A stretch of DNA of 64,000 nt from Lama guanicoe (taxonomy: Eukaryota): contig MU054187.1 in the NCBI GenBank assembly GCA_013239625.1, forward strand, positions 19,687,929 through 19,751,928, read 5' to 3'. Below, piece by piece: positions 10,871 to 23,802 of the stretch. Within the stretch, counting starts at the first letter, position 1; each line of letters starts with the position of its first letter. The notes beneath the pieces were generated by a model. That model had not been told where the DNA came from. It saw only the letters and a program-made list of their open reading frames with translations, and ran no database searches. The translations under genes were made by a program, and so were the position numbers.

Positions 10871-12400
10871 ATTATTTAGAATGATATTTCTCATTCATGA
10901 TGCTCACACTCTCTCTGGAGAAGACTGTGGGAACTGGAAACTGGAAGTAGATGCTAAAAATTACCTTTGAAAGCTCAAGTGGTATAAAAATGAGCACACT
11001 ACTCATTTAGGCCCTGTGCTCAATGTTTTATTTAAATAAGCATGTAGGAAATATGCTAGACATTAGGGGGAGCATCCAAATGAATTTTGTTTATATTATC
11101 ATATTCTATTGTTTATATGATTATATTATTTATATGATTATATTGTTTACATATTCTATTATGTTTATAATTCTCATGTTCAAGAGTTCCTAGCAAAATA
11201 GAAATGATACAATAGGAACACAGATAGCTGTAAAGCAAGCCAGGTGGGCTAAGTTCTATGAGCATAAAAAATTGTGATGAGAATTTAGAGAAATTTTCAG
11301 TCCCTGGAAGCTAAGGGGGATTAGTCAAAGCTTCATGGCAAGGGTGGTATTTGAACCAGGTCTGTGAGAGTGGTCAAAATCTAGACAGAGCTGAGCTGGG
11401 TCCCTCAGGTTGCAAGAACAGCGTGAATAAAGGCATGTCCATAAATAACCAAGTTATCCTGTTGATTGGAGCAAAGACTGTGTGTAAAGAAGTGGGAGAG
11501 GAGATAAACTGGAAAGCTAGCATGAAGTCAGAGAGTAGAGCGTTGTAAATGACTCACCAAGGAATAGAGACTTCATTCAAGAGGCAAAAAGGCTTTGTTG
11601 CAGGGAAAGCACATGATCAAAATTAGATTTTTAGAAAGAATAATCTGACAGTGATTAGAGAGTGAACAGAGAGGCCAAAAGCCAGGTAAGAAAGGTCTAG
11701 GGAAGCAGCCTCTACAGAGCAGAACAGAGTGGTAGTACCGGGAAGGGAGAGGAGGCTGATAAAAAGATACTATAGGAAATTGTCTGTAGGAAATAGCTTG
11801 ACTATAATGGAAAAAGAGGGAAGAGAGGAGAAGAGGGGGAAGAGATGACTTGTGCTTCAGGTAAATGGTAATGTCTTCAGTGGAAGTTGTGGAGGACAAG
11901 AAGTACAGTTATGAGAGTAGAGACGCTACATTTAGTTTAAGACACATTGATTCTGATGGGCCAATAAGAGACCCAGATAGAAATTTACATATTCATTCAT
12001 AGTGTGAGCATCTACTGAATGCCTATTGCATCAACGTCCCTTCAACAAACCCTTGGGATACATCGTAATCACTACAGGAGGACTTTTTTTTTAAATTGCT
12101 CGCTCCTGTTCAGGAGACCATACTAAAGTATCATATTCAAATCTAACTCTATAAAATATTTCCAAGCCAACACAGTTGAAAAGTGAGCTCCTTCTTCTGA
12201 ATTCCTGTACATTTAACTCTCTGTACCACTCACTGGGTGTTTAACACATACAATTTTATTCTAAATATACATATTTATTTATTTCTCCCGTAATGACAAG
12301 TTTTCAATCATATCATAAGAGAACAGGCATCATTTTAATATTCTTTGAATCTCGCATGGTACCTCATTCAGAGTAGGAAAATTCAGTAAAGCTTTGATTG

Positions 12401-13714
12401 TTAGACAGGGAGATTTTTTTGCCTTTTCTCTTCTAGGATAGGGATCCGTCTTCTCTTAGCCTTGTAGAACAGAGGATCAGTAACATTTCACATCCAGAAC
12501 ACATGGCCACCGTAAAGGGAGCCACGGAAGCTAAGTCAGCTTGGGTCTGCGAGAAGGAAAGCTGAACAATGGCAAGGGCTAAGAAACCATCCACTGCCCC
12601 GCTTCCGATCGCAACAGTTTTACGAACAGCAAGAGGCAGCATGGAGATTTTAGCAAAAAAGAACCTAAACAACAAACCAAAGCAGGAACGAAGACACTCA
12701 GTAGAAGCACTTCTAGGTTAACTGCCTTAAGAAAGCTCAGTCCCGTTCTGAAAGTCAAGTAAACCCCTAGAAACATTAAAATCAAACTCCGAGTTCTAAC
12801 CATTCTCTCCAGGAAGGCTGCTTTTTCAGGCAGCCTGCGTTTGATGACTATTCCCACGGATATGGGCGTGAGTATGAAAAGGAGGGTTGACATAATTTTA
12901 AAGACAGGACTACGAAGGGCACCTGATAACCCTAACAGCCTGCTGTATATGTACGAATTGGCAGGCATCATTATCAGGGCCAATAATGTTGACATGCAAG
13001 TCATCAAAATGGCCAAAGTGACATCTCCTTCTAGTAGCAGAGCAAAGAGATAGCCCCCACCCCCTCCTGGGCACGTGCAGGTCATTACAAATCCAAAAGC
13101 CTGTGCCTCAGGCAATGCCGAAATCTGCGTCAAAAGAAATCCACAAAACGGCATGAGAAAAAACTGTGTAATTGTCACGAGAATTATTGGCAAAGGTCTC
13201 TTCCACACTGTTTGAAACACCTGTAATTCAGTCTTGCAACCAAATGCACATTTATTTAACAGTATCATTGGTAGAAAAAGCATTAGGATATTCCTATCAA
13301 TATGGTTTGATGCCTGGAAAAGACCGTCTGGTCTTGGTCTGAGTACTCTGACTTTGACATTCTTTACTTCAATGAGTCGTTCCCGCCTACCTTCAGATTC
13401 CCATAGTTGAACGGTGAGATTTGTCTCTCCGTCTTCATCTGTCACCAGGTTTATGGTAAAGTCTGTAACATCCGAGAAGGTCCTGGTCACATTCACCACT
13501 TGCAGGGTTTTGGGATCTTCGAGTTGCACAAAGAGGAAGCTGGAGTTTGGCTGTTTCTCTCTGTAATTTGACCTGACAACAATGGTTTCTTCAGTCTTTG
13601 TGAAAAAAAAAATATTTCAGTCTTTTCTCTGTTCAGGAAACTGAGAAATGATTTCCTTGCTTCTCCGAGAGTCACAAACGACAAAAGCAGGACAATTAAA
13701 AGTTCTCTGATCAT
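12401..13714 (-). pseudogene. SLC10A5: SLC10A5 (sodium/bile acid cotransporter family member 5), single exon, disrupted by three frameshifts in this sequence
   Basis: ATG 13714 MIRELLIVLLLS..., [16 protein letters not shown] motif, ancestral-type C-terminus [21 protein letters not shown] ending TAA 12403-12401; frame breaks at 13603-13612, 12677-12678 and ~12472. Gene identity is secure; pseudogene versus assembly error is not. Confidence 0.8.
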
Positions 13715-16392
13715 TCTGAAAGCTTAAATAAATCACCCATGCAAAACATTAAAAAAAAATCCAAAAACTAAAGAACGTTCTTCGTACAGGTGTTCCGGTG
13801 ACTGTCTGAGGTTGTTTTGTAACAGCTGTTTTTGTGGAAGCAAAGTCCAGTAGGAGGGACTCATACTTTTCTAACAAATACAAAGCTATCTACCAAGTGA
13901 CACAACCGGTCTAACCCACAGTTACGAAATGTAAAAGCCATGGCAGCTTCAATTCATCACAGCAGAAACCTAACCTCTTTCCCCTTGACTTCCTCATTTC
14001 TGCTACTGGAAAAATAGCCTCTTATTTACCTGAATTAAAAGTCTGAGTGTCATCTTTTTTGACGTCTTTCTTCCTAAGGAACACCTGCATTCGAAGCAGA
14101 TAGGATCCAAAAATTTTAAATAGATACCGAGGAGACCTGCAGGTGGGTGTTAACTCTTTTACTCATTCGGGTCAAAAGGAAATACGAACTTAGTGAACAC
14201 GTGTGCTGGGGCCCTGAGCCAGGAGCTGGGGACACCACCGTAATCTAGCCAGATGTCTCGTCCCTCTTGGAGCGCAGTTGAGTGGCCCCTTATCATTAAT
14301 CAGGAAACTGCAGAGCCCATGAACTGGCCTCGCAGCATCCTTAGGCTAGTAAGAGTTTTCCCACTACTCTAAGCAGTGATGGCATATGCAAGGCAAAATC
14401 TGAAACTGTTTTTGGTGTCCTTAGGTAGAAAAACAGCTTCCTGGGTGGTTACCAGATAGCTTGGCAACCTTGGGCAAGCAGATAGCTGGATCCAAGGCCA
14501 AAGATACAGCCTAGTTAAGGGGCCACGGCTGCTAGACACTTGGCCCCTGACACAATGGGGCAATGGAAGGCCACTGGGACTAATTCTAATCTCTTATTCC
14601 TTTCTTGTAACATTATTTTCTCTTCACAGTTAGAGGCAAGGATATTCAATGGACCCAACTTAGGTCATATGCCTGTGGCTTAGCTGCCAGGAACAAGGAA
14701 AAGTATCAGGCCTTTTGCACTTCTGCCCAGACTCACAAACCCTTTTCATTTCCCGAACAAGAGGAGGTGGTTCTGATGCTAAGCACAAAACAAAACAAAA
14801 CAAAACAAAAATCCACTGTAATTATCTAATACTGAGTCCACAGATCTAATGGTCTCTGAATCTATAACCATTTCAGCCTTTCCTTCCTGTAGCCATGACA
14901 CAATCTGTGTCAAATGCAACAATGACAGTTACATATTAAGCATTTTAGGTCATAAAATACTGGTTCCTCAAAAATTGCCAAGCAATTTTTATTGGACATT
15001 CTTGTAAGTTTTAAAAAATTTGATTTATGTAGGTTAACTTTTTAAATGCAATAGACTTCATATTCCATAAATTTTATCTCTGTATATTATATTAAGGAAA
15101 ACAAGATGCACTGCAACAATGCTGAAAATAGGGCGAGGAATAAATGTTTCTGTGCTCTCTCAGTTAAATTCCCACAGGGAACTTCCCTAGTTTAAAAGAG
15201 AAAAACAAAACGGACACAAGAACTTTCTGAAACCAAAGCTGTCTTGACAGTTGTGTGACCAGATATCTGAATTCACAATTTTTGTCACCCAGGTCAAAGA
15301 GGTGAGGAATGTACACTTGGTTTTCCACCGATTCCTCTGTCTGTGGTCGTACCTTCTCCAGTTTCTCCAAGTTTTCTCCTGAAAACTGCCTGAAAATCTG
15401 ACACATCTGGGAAAAATCTGACAATCTATCACTCGTGTGTATTTACTGGCTGATTACACTAAACTGAAGTTCATTTATATCCAGGTGTAGTTACAATTAT
15501 TTGTCTGAATTTAAAACTTTTTTCTCTTTGTGGGTTTTCTATTTACAATTTCAGTTGTCTGCAAGCAGGTGTAATGATACTAAGGTGGGGCGGTTCCATC
15601 AAACTCTACAATTGTATTAAGTAGACTCAACTGAGGACCCTAAAAGCCTGAGAAAGTTGTCTGATTTCAGTGTAATTTGGAAATCAGACGCTAGAGGGAC
15701 TTCCCCTCTTCCCCGCGATCGTGTTCTCTTTTGGCGACTGCTCGTGCTGGAGCCCCTGGTCCCAAGAGCCCCCAAGAAGGCTGGTACCCATATCTCTTCC
15801 AGGCTAGTCTGCTCCGCTGTCTGGGACCAGATGCCTGATGACATAAGCCCTTCCCTGCTTCGTCTCTAATCACAGAACTCTTGTTCATTCTCCTTAGGTG
15901 TACTCGGTCTCTGCCATCCTGACCTCCCCTCTTCTCAACCCCCATTCGTATTTTTTCTGGCATATTTAGCTTCAGTTCAATTCATGAGACGTGTGTTACT
16001 CATCTGTGTGCAAGTTATTATGACAGATGCTTGGGTATTAGTTGGTATTAAAACTTTCTGGTTTTATTTTTATTTCTGGGAATATATTTAAGGACTATTT
16101 CTACTTCTGGTCTTAAGAGTTTCTGATGTAAGAGCTATTGGAACATAGCTACACTTAGAATCTACTCATTTGGCAGTTGCCACACTGCTTTGCGTTATAG
16201 TTTTAAGCATGTATATGGCTCTTCACTGTATCCACCATGGCAGTCAGAATCCAGTCCTTCCATTTATTAGCTACTCGCATAAGTAGGTTAATAAATGAAT
16301 GCATAAGTAACTGACAGAAGTCAGAAGTTACCCCCATTCTTTGTATGAAAATAATATGAAGAAAGAATCAGAGATGAAATGAACATTCTGAG

Positions 16393-16398
16393 TTTATT
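16393..16398 (-). terminator. ZFAND1: Candidate ZFAND1 polyadenylation signal
   Basis: AATAAA on minus strand ~930 nt after the stop, followed by U-rich sequence; other candidates exist. Confidence 0.35.
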
Positions 16399-16829
16399 CC
16401 TTTAACTAAGCCTAAAGCCACTATCCTTGTCTATCACAAAACAGAAGAGGGACAAACAGCAATTAAATAATTTGTGTCCCTTCTCTATAGCAATACTTTG
16501 TTGAGTACAGATGGCATACATCAGACTGGAGCACTCATTTTAATGTGTTGGTTGGTAAAAGGTCATTCCTTTTGGCATGTGTTTTGCTCTGGTATTTACA
16601 AAGAGCCTGTAATGAAATTGAGCTATCCCATTTTCCTTCTCATTTGTAAAAGATTCATACAGACAAAAAAGGTGAATACCACTGGAGGGGGTTTTTATCA
16701 GAGATGTGCCCCAGAATGCTGAGATGACAAGAAAATCGTTTCCCCTTCCCACGCCTGAGATTCCTCATTCACAAACTTAGAAGAGTTTATGAGATGACCT
16801 CTAAGTTTCTATGAATCATGTACACACAT

Positions 16830-17131
16830 CACTTACACACCATGATGCAGGCAGATACTAAGGCCATCCATCCTGGCCTTAGGATGCTAGGCTTGGTCAT
16901 GTGACTTGTTTAAAACAGAAGTGAAACCCGTATCTTCTAAGAGTCATCTCTTTCTTCCTTTGCCATGAGAAAGGCAATGTCCCCAAAGGGGGTCATGGCT
17001 TCAGCTTACATTCTGGAGTAAAGATGACATGGAGCAGAGTCATGGCCAGTCAACAGCTGACATTAATCAAATGAGAAACACACCTTTGTTGCTGTTACTC
17101 CAGCATAACCTAAAAGAGGCTAATTAGATAC
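16830..17131 (+). mobile_element. MLT1 (MaLR) LTR fragment just downstream of the ZFAND1 stop
   Basis: ggcttggtcatgtgacttg...tgttactccagcataaccta...tagataca. Confidence 0.5.
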
Positions 17132-17327
17132 AAGAATTTGCTAATAATTAAACATCAGTTCATAGTTAAACTTTAAAACACTCAAATTCAATTTAATAAA
17201 ACACTGATAAATTATGACATAATGGAAATAAAAAGCAACTTTTACAAATAAAAAATATATAGCATTTGTAGTAAAAGAAATTAACATTGAATTTTCTTCA
17301 TGAGTCCTGGCTCAAATCCTTGAACGA

Positions 17328-17498
17328 CTATTCCAAGTAGGAATCAACGTTTTTTAAAAACTGTTCTTCATCATTAAGATATTCCAAGATGATATTTCCA
17401 CCATTATGTAAAGGACAATCCTCCTTAGTGATCCAGGTCTCCAAAATATGATCCAAGGGCAAGGCTTCTCCTGAGGTAACGTGACATAACCTCAATTT
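17328..17498 (-). CDS. ZFAND1: AN1-type zinc finger protein 1, exon 8
   Basis: cacag|KLRLCHVTSGEALPLDH...NVDSYLE*; 171 bp including TAG. Confidence 0.96.
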   Translation of the reverse strand, partial: KLRLCHVTSGEALPLDHILETWITKEDCPLHNGGNIILEYLNDEEQFLKNVDSYLE

Positions 17499-17590
17499 CT
17501 GTGAAGAGAGGAGTAACGGATACTGTAATAGATACACATGCTTATGGAGTGTTCTAAAACTTCTAGGGGAAAGCTACAACCTGTTGTTAC

Positions 17591-17746
17591 CTGAGCCGTT
17601 GACTTGTTATTGTCATTTCTAAGGCTGGCTAACGAGGCAGCGGCGTCTATGACCTTCCCGATGCTCCATCGCTGGCAAAAGAACATTGGCCTGCTCTTCT
17701 CCTTACTCCCCTTAGGGAAGAAAACCTGAAAGTAAATTCTTTCTGC
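17591..17746 (-). CDS. ZFAND1: ZFAND1 exon 7
   Basis: ttccag|AERIYFQVFFPKGSKEKSRPMFFC...NNKSTAQ|gtaaca; 156 bp. Confidence 0.96.
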
Positions 17747-20316
17747 CTGGAAAAATAAGAAGTTAATGTACAGATGATGTACATGAAATAGACATCTGTT
17801 TTTATCTGGTGACATACCTTCCTCTCTTCTCCTGGTCAGAGAAGGACTACCCTCTAATGATACAGCATTTAGTGGGAAGACCGATCAGTCACGGCCACCT
17901 AAATGCATGTGCAGAGGACCTAAGACCCTGCAGGATCATTTGGGCAAAAACAGGCGTGTGACCTACATTAGGCCAATCAAGGTCTTCTCCTGGGATTTTA
18001 CATTCAAAAGCTGGGGGCAGGGAGGAACAATATCTTTTCAGAGTTTTTTTTAAGTCTTGCTGAATTAAACCAGGAGTTGTCTGCAGCTATCCCTCATGTG
18101 TCTCAGCCACTTCTGAACCAATGCGGAAAAATGTCCCCAAATGAAAAAGAATGAGTCTAACACACAGAGAAGTCAAGGAAATAGATGGCCTCTTTCAGCA
18201 GCATTTAAGTCCTGAAATTCAGTGATCCCCTGAGACCAGATGAGTGTATCACTGCCCATTATATGAGGGAAAAAATTATTTTGAGTAAGTTAGTTTCTGT
18301 CACTTGCAATTTAAAGATTCTTGATACATATGTCTTCTTTTCTCCTGAAAGACCTTACTACATATTTAGAGGCAGCAAGGTTTTTGAAAACAAAGAAACT
18401 TAAAAAAAAAAAAATTAGACAAGGACCATATCAACACAAGAGAAAGATTCAGAGACGGTTCCTGATTCTATATCCTATATGCTTCCTTTATATTGCATTT
18501 TCTTGCTAAATTGACTAATGTAGGAAACAAAAAAGGAGCAAAGGTGTTTGGCTTCTGATCTCTGCTTCCTAAAATTGTTTTTTAAAAATGCTGCCTTTAC
18601 AGACCAATTCCTGCTACAATAAACATTTTGGCATAACTGGAGCATCCCTAAGTTGTAGAGAAAGATCACAATAATTTTAAGAAATAATAGATTCAACACA
18701 ATTTTCATCTTAGCACTAAGGAGTTTAGATTTGTTAAAGACCGGTGGAGTGCATTATTACAGATAACAAGTATTGAAAACAAGAAACCATTGGAAATTCA
18801 AGCTTTGAGCCAACTCTATAACCTCACAGTCCCTGCTCCAAAAATACAGTAACAAGAGCATAAATGGGAAAAATTTAAAAGATATACAGGCACCTAAAAA
18901 TAAAAAAGGTAAAAATGTCTGAGGATCAAAAATGAAACAAACGCAAAGGGATAGCAGGTAGGCTGAGCGACAGGCCTCTGGGCTCCAGGCGAGGAAGCGG
19001 TGGTCCGGAGCTCAGCCTGTGGGTGGATGGGAAGGTAACAGTGCCCCGAGGTGGTGGAGCACCTGGGTCCCACCCACTGCCTGGAAGCGGGGGCTGATAT
19101 GCGACATGCGCTCCAGGAAAGGAGGCTTAAGAAGGTACTGCTGAGTGTTGACTCAGGCCATTGCTTATAGAAAACACTATTTAGGGAGCACAGATATAGA
19201 AATAGATATAGAAAAGCACAGATATAACCTCTGACAATGAACAAAGCCAAAGCCTTCCAGCTCAATAAACGGAGCTGTAATCATCTAAAAAGCTCTGTAG
19301 GGCAGAAGGACAAACTGCCAATCTCAAACGTGGATTTGTAATGGAGGTCGTGGGTACGTGGGCCTGTGGAAGAAAACGCGAGACTGCTAGACAGGGAGAG
19401 GGGAGTGAGAACAGCGAGAGAGACACAGAAAGCGCCTCCTGCTCCAGATGAACATGCAGAATCTGTACACCGAAACTTCAACACAAATCCAAAGTTAACT
19501 TGTTATGGACAGATGAAACTAACCAAACTTGAAAATGACATTTTAAAAAGTTATTTAGGGTGTACAGTGAGATGAATTAAAGAATAATATCCATAAAAAA
19601 GGAACAAGAAGTTACAAAACCAAAACATGCTGAAATGAAACGACAAGCTATGAAGATCCAACTAGAAATACAAAAATTCTAAAATACTGTTTCTGAAATA
19701 AGAAATTCAAACACAACCAATTTCTATAATCTTCAACAAAAAGGTTTAATTGATTGGAAGATGGATTTGAAGACATCATCTAGAATGCAGCACAGACATA
19801 AAGAGAGAAATTATAAATCCCCAAAATATGTGTAAACAAAAAGAGTTTCAGAAGAGAAGGAAGGGAAGCAATATTCAGAAAGAAAATGACAAAAATCTTC
19901 CAAAAGTAAGAGATAAATCACAATATAAAATGTACCTCAAGGGCCAAACTGGGTAATTAAAACGAATCCATACCTAAAAACATTGTACAGCAACCGGAAA
20001 ATATGATAGATAAGATCTTAAAAGCTATAGGAAAAAAAAAAAAAGACAGGTTACCCATAAAGCAACAGAATAAGGCTGACAACAGAAGTTTCTCCAACAA
20101 TAGATGAAAAAGGGCCAATAAACAGTATATTAAGAGTTGAGAGAGTCTAATATAGAAAATTTAGCTCAAGTGAGGAAAATAAGGGTAGTATCAGATAAAA
20201 GAGACTGAAAGAGTTTACCAACAAAGACTCTTAATGAATGAACTACTAAAGAAAGTACTTTAGCCAAAATAAAAGTGAGTCCTAAGGGAAAAAGAAACTC
20301 AAAAAATATATTGGTA

Positions 20317-20475
20317 GGAGGGAGGGTATAGCGCAGTGGTAGAGTGTATGCCTAACATACACAGGGTCCTGGGTTCAATCCCCAGTACCTCCATTAAAAT
20401 AAGTAAGCCTTATTACCTCCTCCCCAAAAGTCTATAAATAATAAAGGTAATTTTCATTAAAAAATAATAATTTTA
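20317..20475 (+). mobile_element. tRNA-derived SINE (Vic-1-like)
   Basis: ggagggtatagcgcagtggtagagtgtatgcctaacatacacagggtcctgggttcaatccccagtacctcc; TSD atatattggta. Confidence 0.85.
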
Positions 20476-23400
20476 AAAATATATATTGGTAAACTTAAAT
20501 AGCAGTCGACTTAAAAATAATCATGTGTGAACAAAGATGATGAGACAGGAGATATTCAACTGCAGAAAGTGTGTCAACCTCCTTGTTTTATTCAAGTAAT
20601 TTCAGATTTTGAGAGAAAAACTGGACTTAATTATTTATGGTAAAAATGTTAAATGTAAGGACATGCCTGTTAGCACCATTATTATAAAACATTATATTGG
20701 AGATTACAGATAATGTAGCTGAGAAAATGGAATAACTGGTATAATTACTGAAAAAGAAAATCTAAAGCTGTTTGTCAGTGGGATGTGACTGTACACTTAG
20801 GAAATCAAAGGCAAAAAAAATCAACTTCTAAAATAAAAGAATTTGGTGACATGATTGAGCAAGATGAACATACAGAAATCAAGACCTTTTTCCTCAGTAT
20901 TAACAGTAAATATCTGGAAATAGAGGTAAAGGGAAATATTTTGTTGACACAAAAAAAGATGAAAATAAGCAAAGAATAAGACTTCTATGAAGAAAAATAC
21001 AAAATGTTACAGAAGGCAATAAAACATGATCTAAACAAAAGACATATAAAGTTCTTAGATAGGAAGATGATATGATAAAAATATCATTTTTTTCAAAATT
21101 AATATATATCATATAATGCAAATTTAGAGAATCCTTTAGAAATGATCCTCAGTCAGGACTTGCTAATAGATGCTGCTGGGAAATTGAATTTTACTTCACC
21201 TAACTTCACAGAAAATCACTTGACAATGTATTGAGGACGTTTTGCATCAGTGTGGGGCACCTGGTGGTTAGGGAGGGAGCCAGAATCCCCAGGACAAAGA
21301 GGAAGAGGCCAACAGGGTATAAAATCCTCCTGAGAATGGTAAATCAGGCTTCTCACGACTGGCAGAATTCTCACCCTACAGGCACTATTTTTCATGGCTT
21401 ACGTCCTTGTGGGAAACTCTGAAAGACGGGAGAAGCCACATTTCTGTTTACGACCATGCTGTGTTCTCTCCTGCTTTTTCTAATGATTTCTCTCAGTTTC
21501 TCCATTGTTACCTTTCAGTATCTTTCTACATTCTTTAACAGTATCTGCTGGAGTCTGTCACTTACAACCTTGTCACATTATGAGAACCATGAAAATTCCA
21601 AGATAGATTTTTAAAAAATCTGTATATAATAATCATAAGGTTCATATGGAAGAATAAAGAAAAAAAAACTAAGAAAAAATTAGGAAAAATATGAGTGGAC
21701 TTACATTATCCTATATTAGAACATTCTATAAAATTACTGCATCAAATCAATTTGGTATTAACATATGAGTAAAAAAAAAAATAGGTGAGTGGAATAAAAT
21801 AGGAAATCCAAAACCAGATCTAGTAAAAATAAACTTTAAATTTATCATGGCTGTGGTATTTGGTAAGATACGCTAAAAACAAATTCCAGATCGATTAAAA
21901 ACATGAAAAAATTAAAACCCTAAGAAAACCAAAACAGAAATGCAAGAAAAGACAGACCTGAGAAAAATTCAGAACACTGGCATGTCAAGGAGATACATAA
22001 GGAAAATCAAGATATTTGATAGATATTGAAAAAAAGTTTCCAAAGCGGATTGATGATAAAGGATTAATATCTATTCTACTCCTAGAGTTTCCACAAGCTG
22101 ACCAAACAAAATAAAAATGAAATAAAAATGAAAATAACACCCCCAAAGAAATATGATCAAAGGATATGCATAGACAATCCAGGGAAGAGCAATTACACAA
22201 GACCAATGAACATATTAAAAGATGCTCAAACTGAACAGTGGTCAAAGAAATGCAAAGTAAAGCAATTAGGAGATATCCTTTTACAGACATTAAGCTGGAA
22301 TTCATTAAAAAAGATGATAAACAGCTACTGGAAACCAGGGAAAGGGGGGTACTCTCACGTACGGCCACAAGAGGCACAGGATGGCTGGCTCTGACCATGT
22401 GAGCGATCTTAAGGACACTTCAGATCACCCAGCTGTGAAACGAGGATGATAATATATCACAGGAGACTTGTGACTATTAAGGGAGATAAAAAAATCCAGA
22501 GCCACAACTCTGCTTGGCATACTATAATCATTCAATAAAAGTTGGCTATTATAATTATTGATGGTAGAAATGTAAATTGTTACAACTCCTTTGTAAAGCA
22601 GCTTGGCAACATCTATTAAGATTTAAAAGACACATACCCTTTGACCCAGCAGACATACTCCAGGGAATTTATTTCACAGAAACAGAAAAGCAGACCCAGG
22701 CAACTTAACGCAGTAGCCAAAACTGGAAACAAAGTGAATGTTCATCAGCAGGAAAATGGCGACGTCGGTCACAACAGATCTACATCACGGAATGTTGTCG
22801 GCCTTTTAAAGAAAGTGATTTACAGCCATACCAGCTCCCTTGGGGCGATATCTGTTAGGCACTAATGAGAAGAATGCATAGAGATAAAAGGACATACAAT
22901 CTACCTGAAACCTGCTTTATTTTTACTTATAGCCTTAATCACTATCCAACATTAATTGTATTATGTTTAATAGCTATCTCACTCCCACTGGGATATGAAC
23001 TCCATGTGGGCACGGACTTTGTTTACTGCAGTATCCCCAGGGCTTGACACATAGCAGGTATTCAAACAAAGTGTTGATAGGCTAAATGAATACGATGCCA
23101 TTTTTATAAAAGAATGACCCCAAAACACTCTTTATGCCCTCTCATCCATATGCAAGAAGACACTTTTATTTATATAAAGTTAAACACACATATACACACA
23201 CATCTCTGCGTGCACATATATAAATATAAATATATATAATATGCAAGTATATATATGTATAATCACATCAATATTACTGTAGGGGATGCAAGGGAAAAAG
23301 TGTTCAGTGTGTTGAGAACTTGGTTTCTGAGCCTGTCTGCCTGGTTTCAATGCACAGTTCTCCACTTACTAGCTCGGTGTTACCAGCAAGTTACTTCACC

Positions 23401-23587
23401 GTTTTGTGCCTCAGTTTCTCAATAATTAGGCAGAGAAAACAGTACATATTTCACAAGTGTGTTGTGAAGATTAAATGTGTTGGAAGAGGGCCTGGAACAA
23501 AGTACGTGCTATAGGAGTTTTTACTATTGTTTTAAGTAATAAAAAAATTGCAAAGCAATGCAAATAATATTATTAGACACTTCAGGG

Positions 23588-23802
23588 CAGGCCTTCACAA
23601 CTGTGCCACTATGAACATTTGGGGCCATAAAATTCTTTCTTGTGGGTGCTGTCCTGTGCACCGTGGGATGTCTAGCAGCATCTCTAGCCTCTTCCCACTA
23701 GACACCAGTAGCCCTCCCATGACTAGCTGTGACACCCAAGTGTCTCCAGACATTGTCAGATGTCCACTAGGGGGTAAAACCACCCTCAGTTGAGAACCAC
23801 TG
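23588..23802 (-). mobile_element. MER20 (hAT-Charlie) DNA transposon
   Basis: Ends gttgagaaccactg; internal gctgtcctgtgcaccgtgggatgtctagcagcatc matches recalled MER20 consensus. Confidence 0.8.

Noticed and set aside
20317..20395. tRNA genes (here and at the four similar loci)
   Set aside because: Diverged tRNA-like heads followed by SINE tails and TSDs: retroposed SINEs
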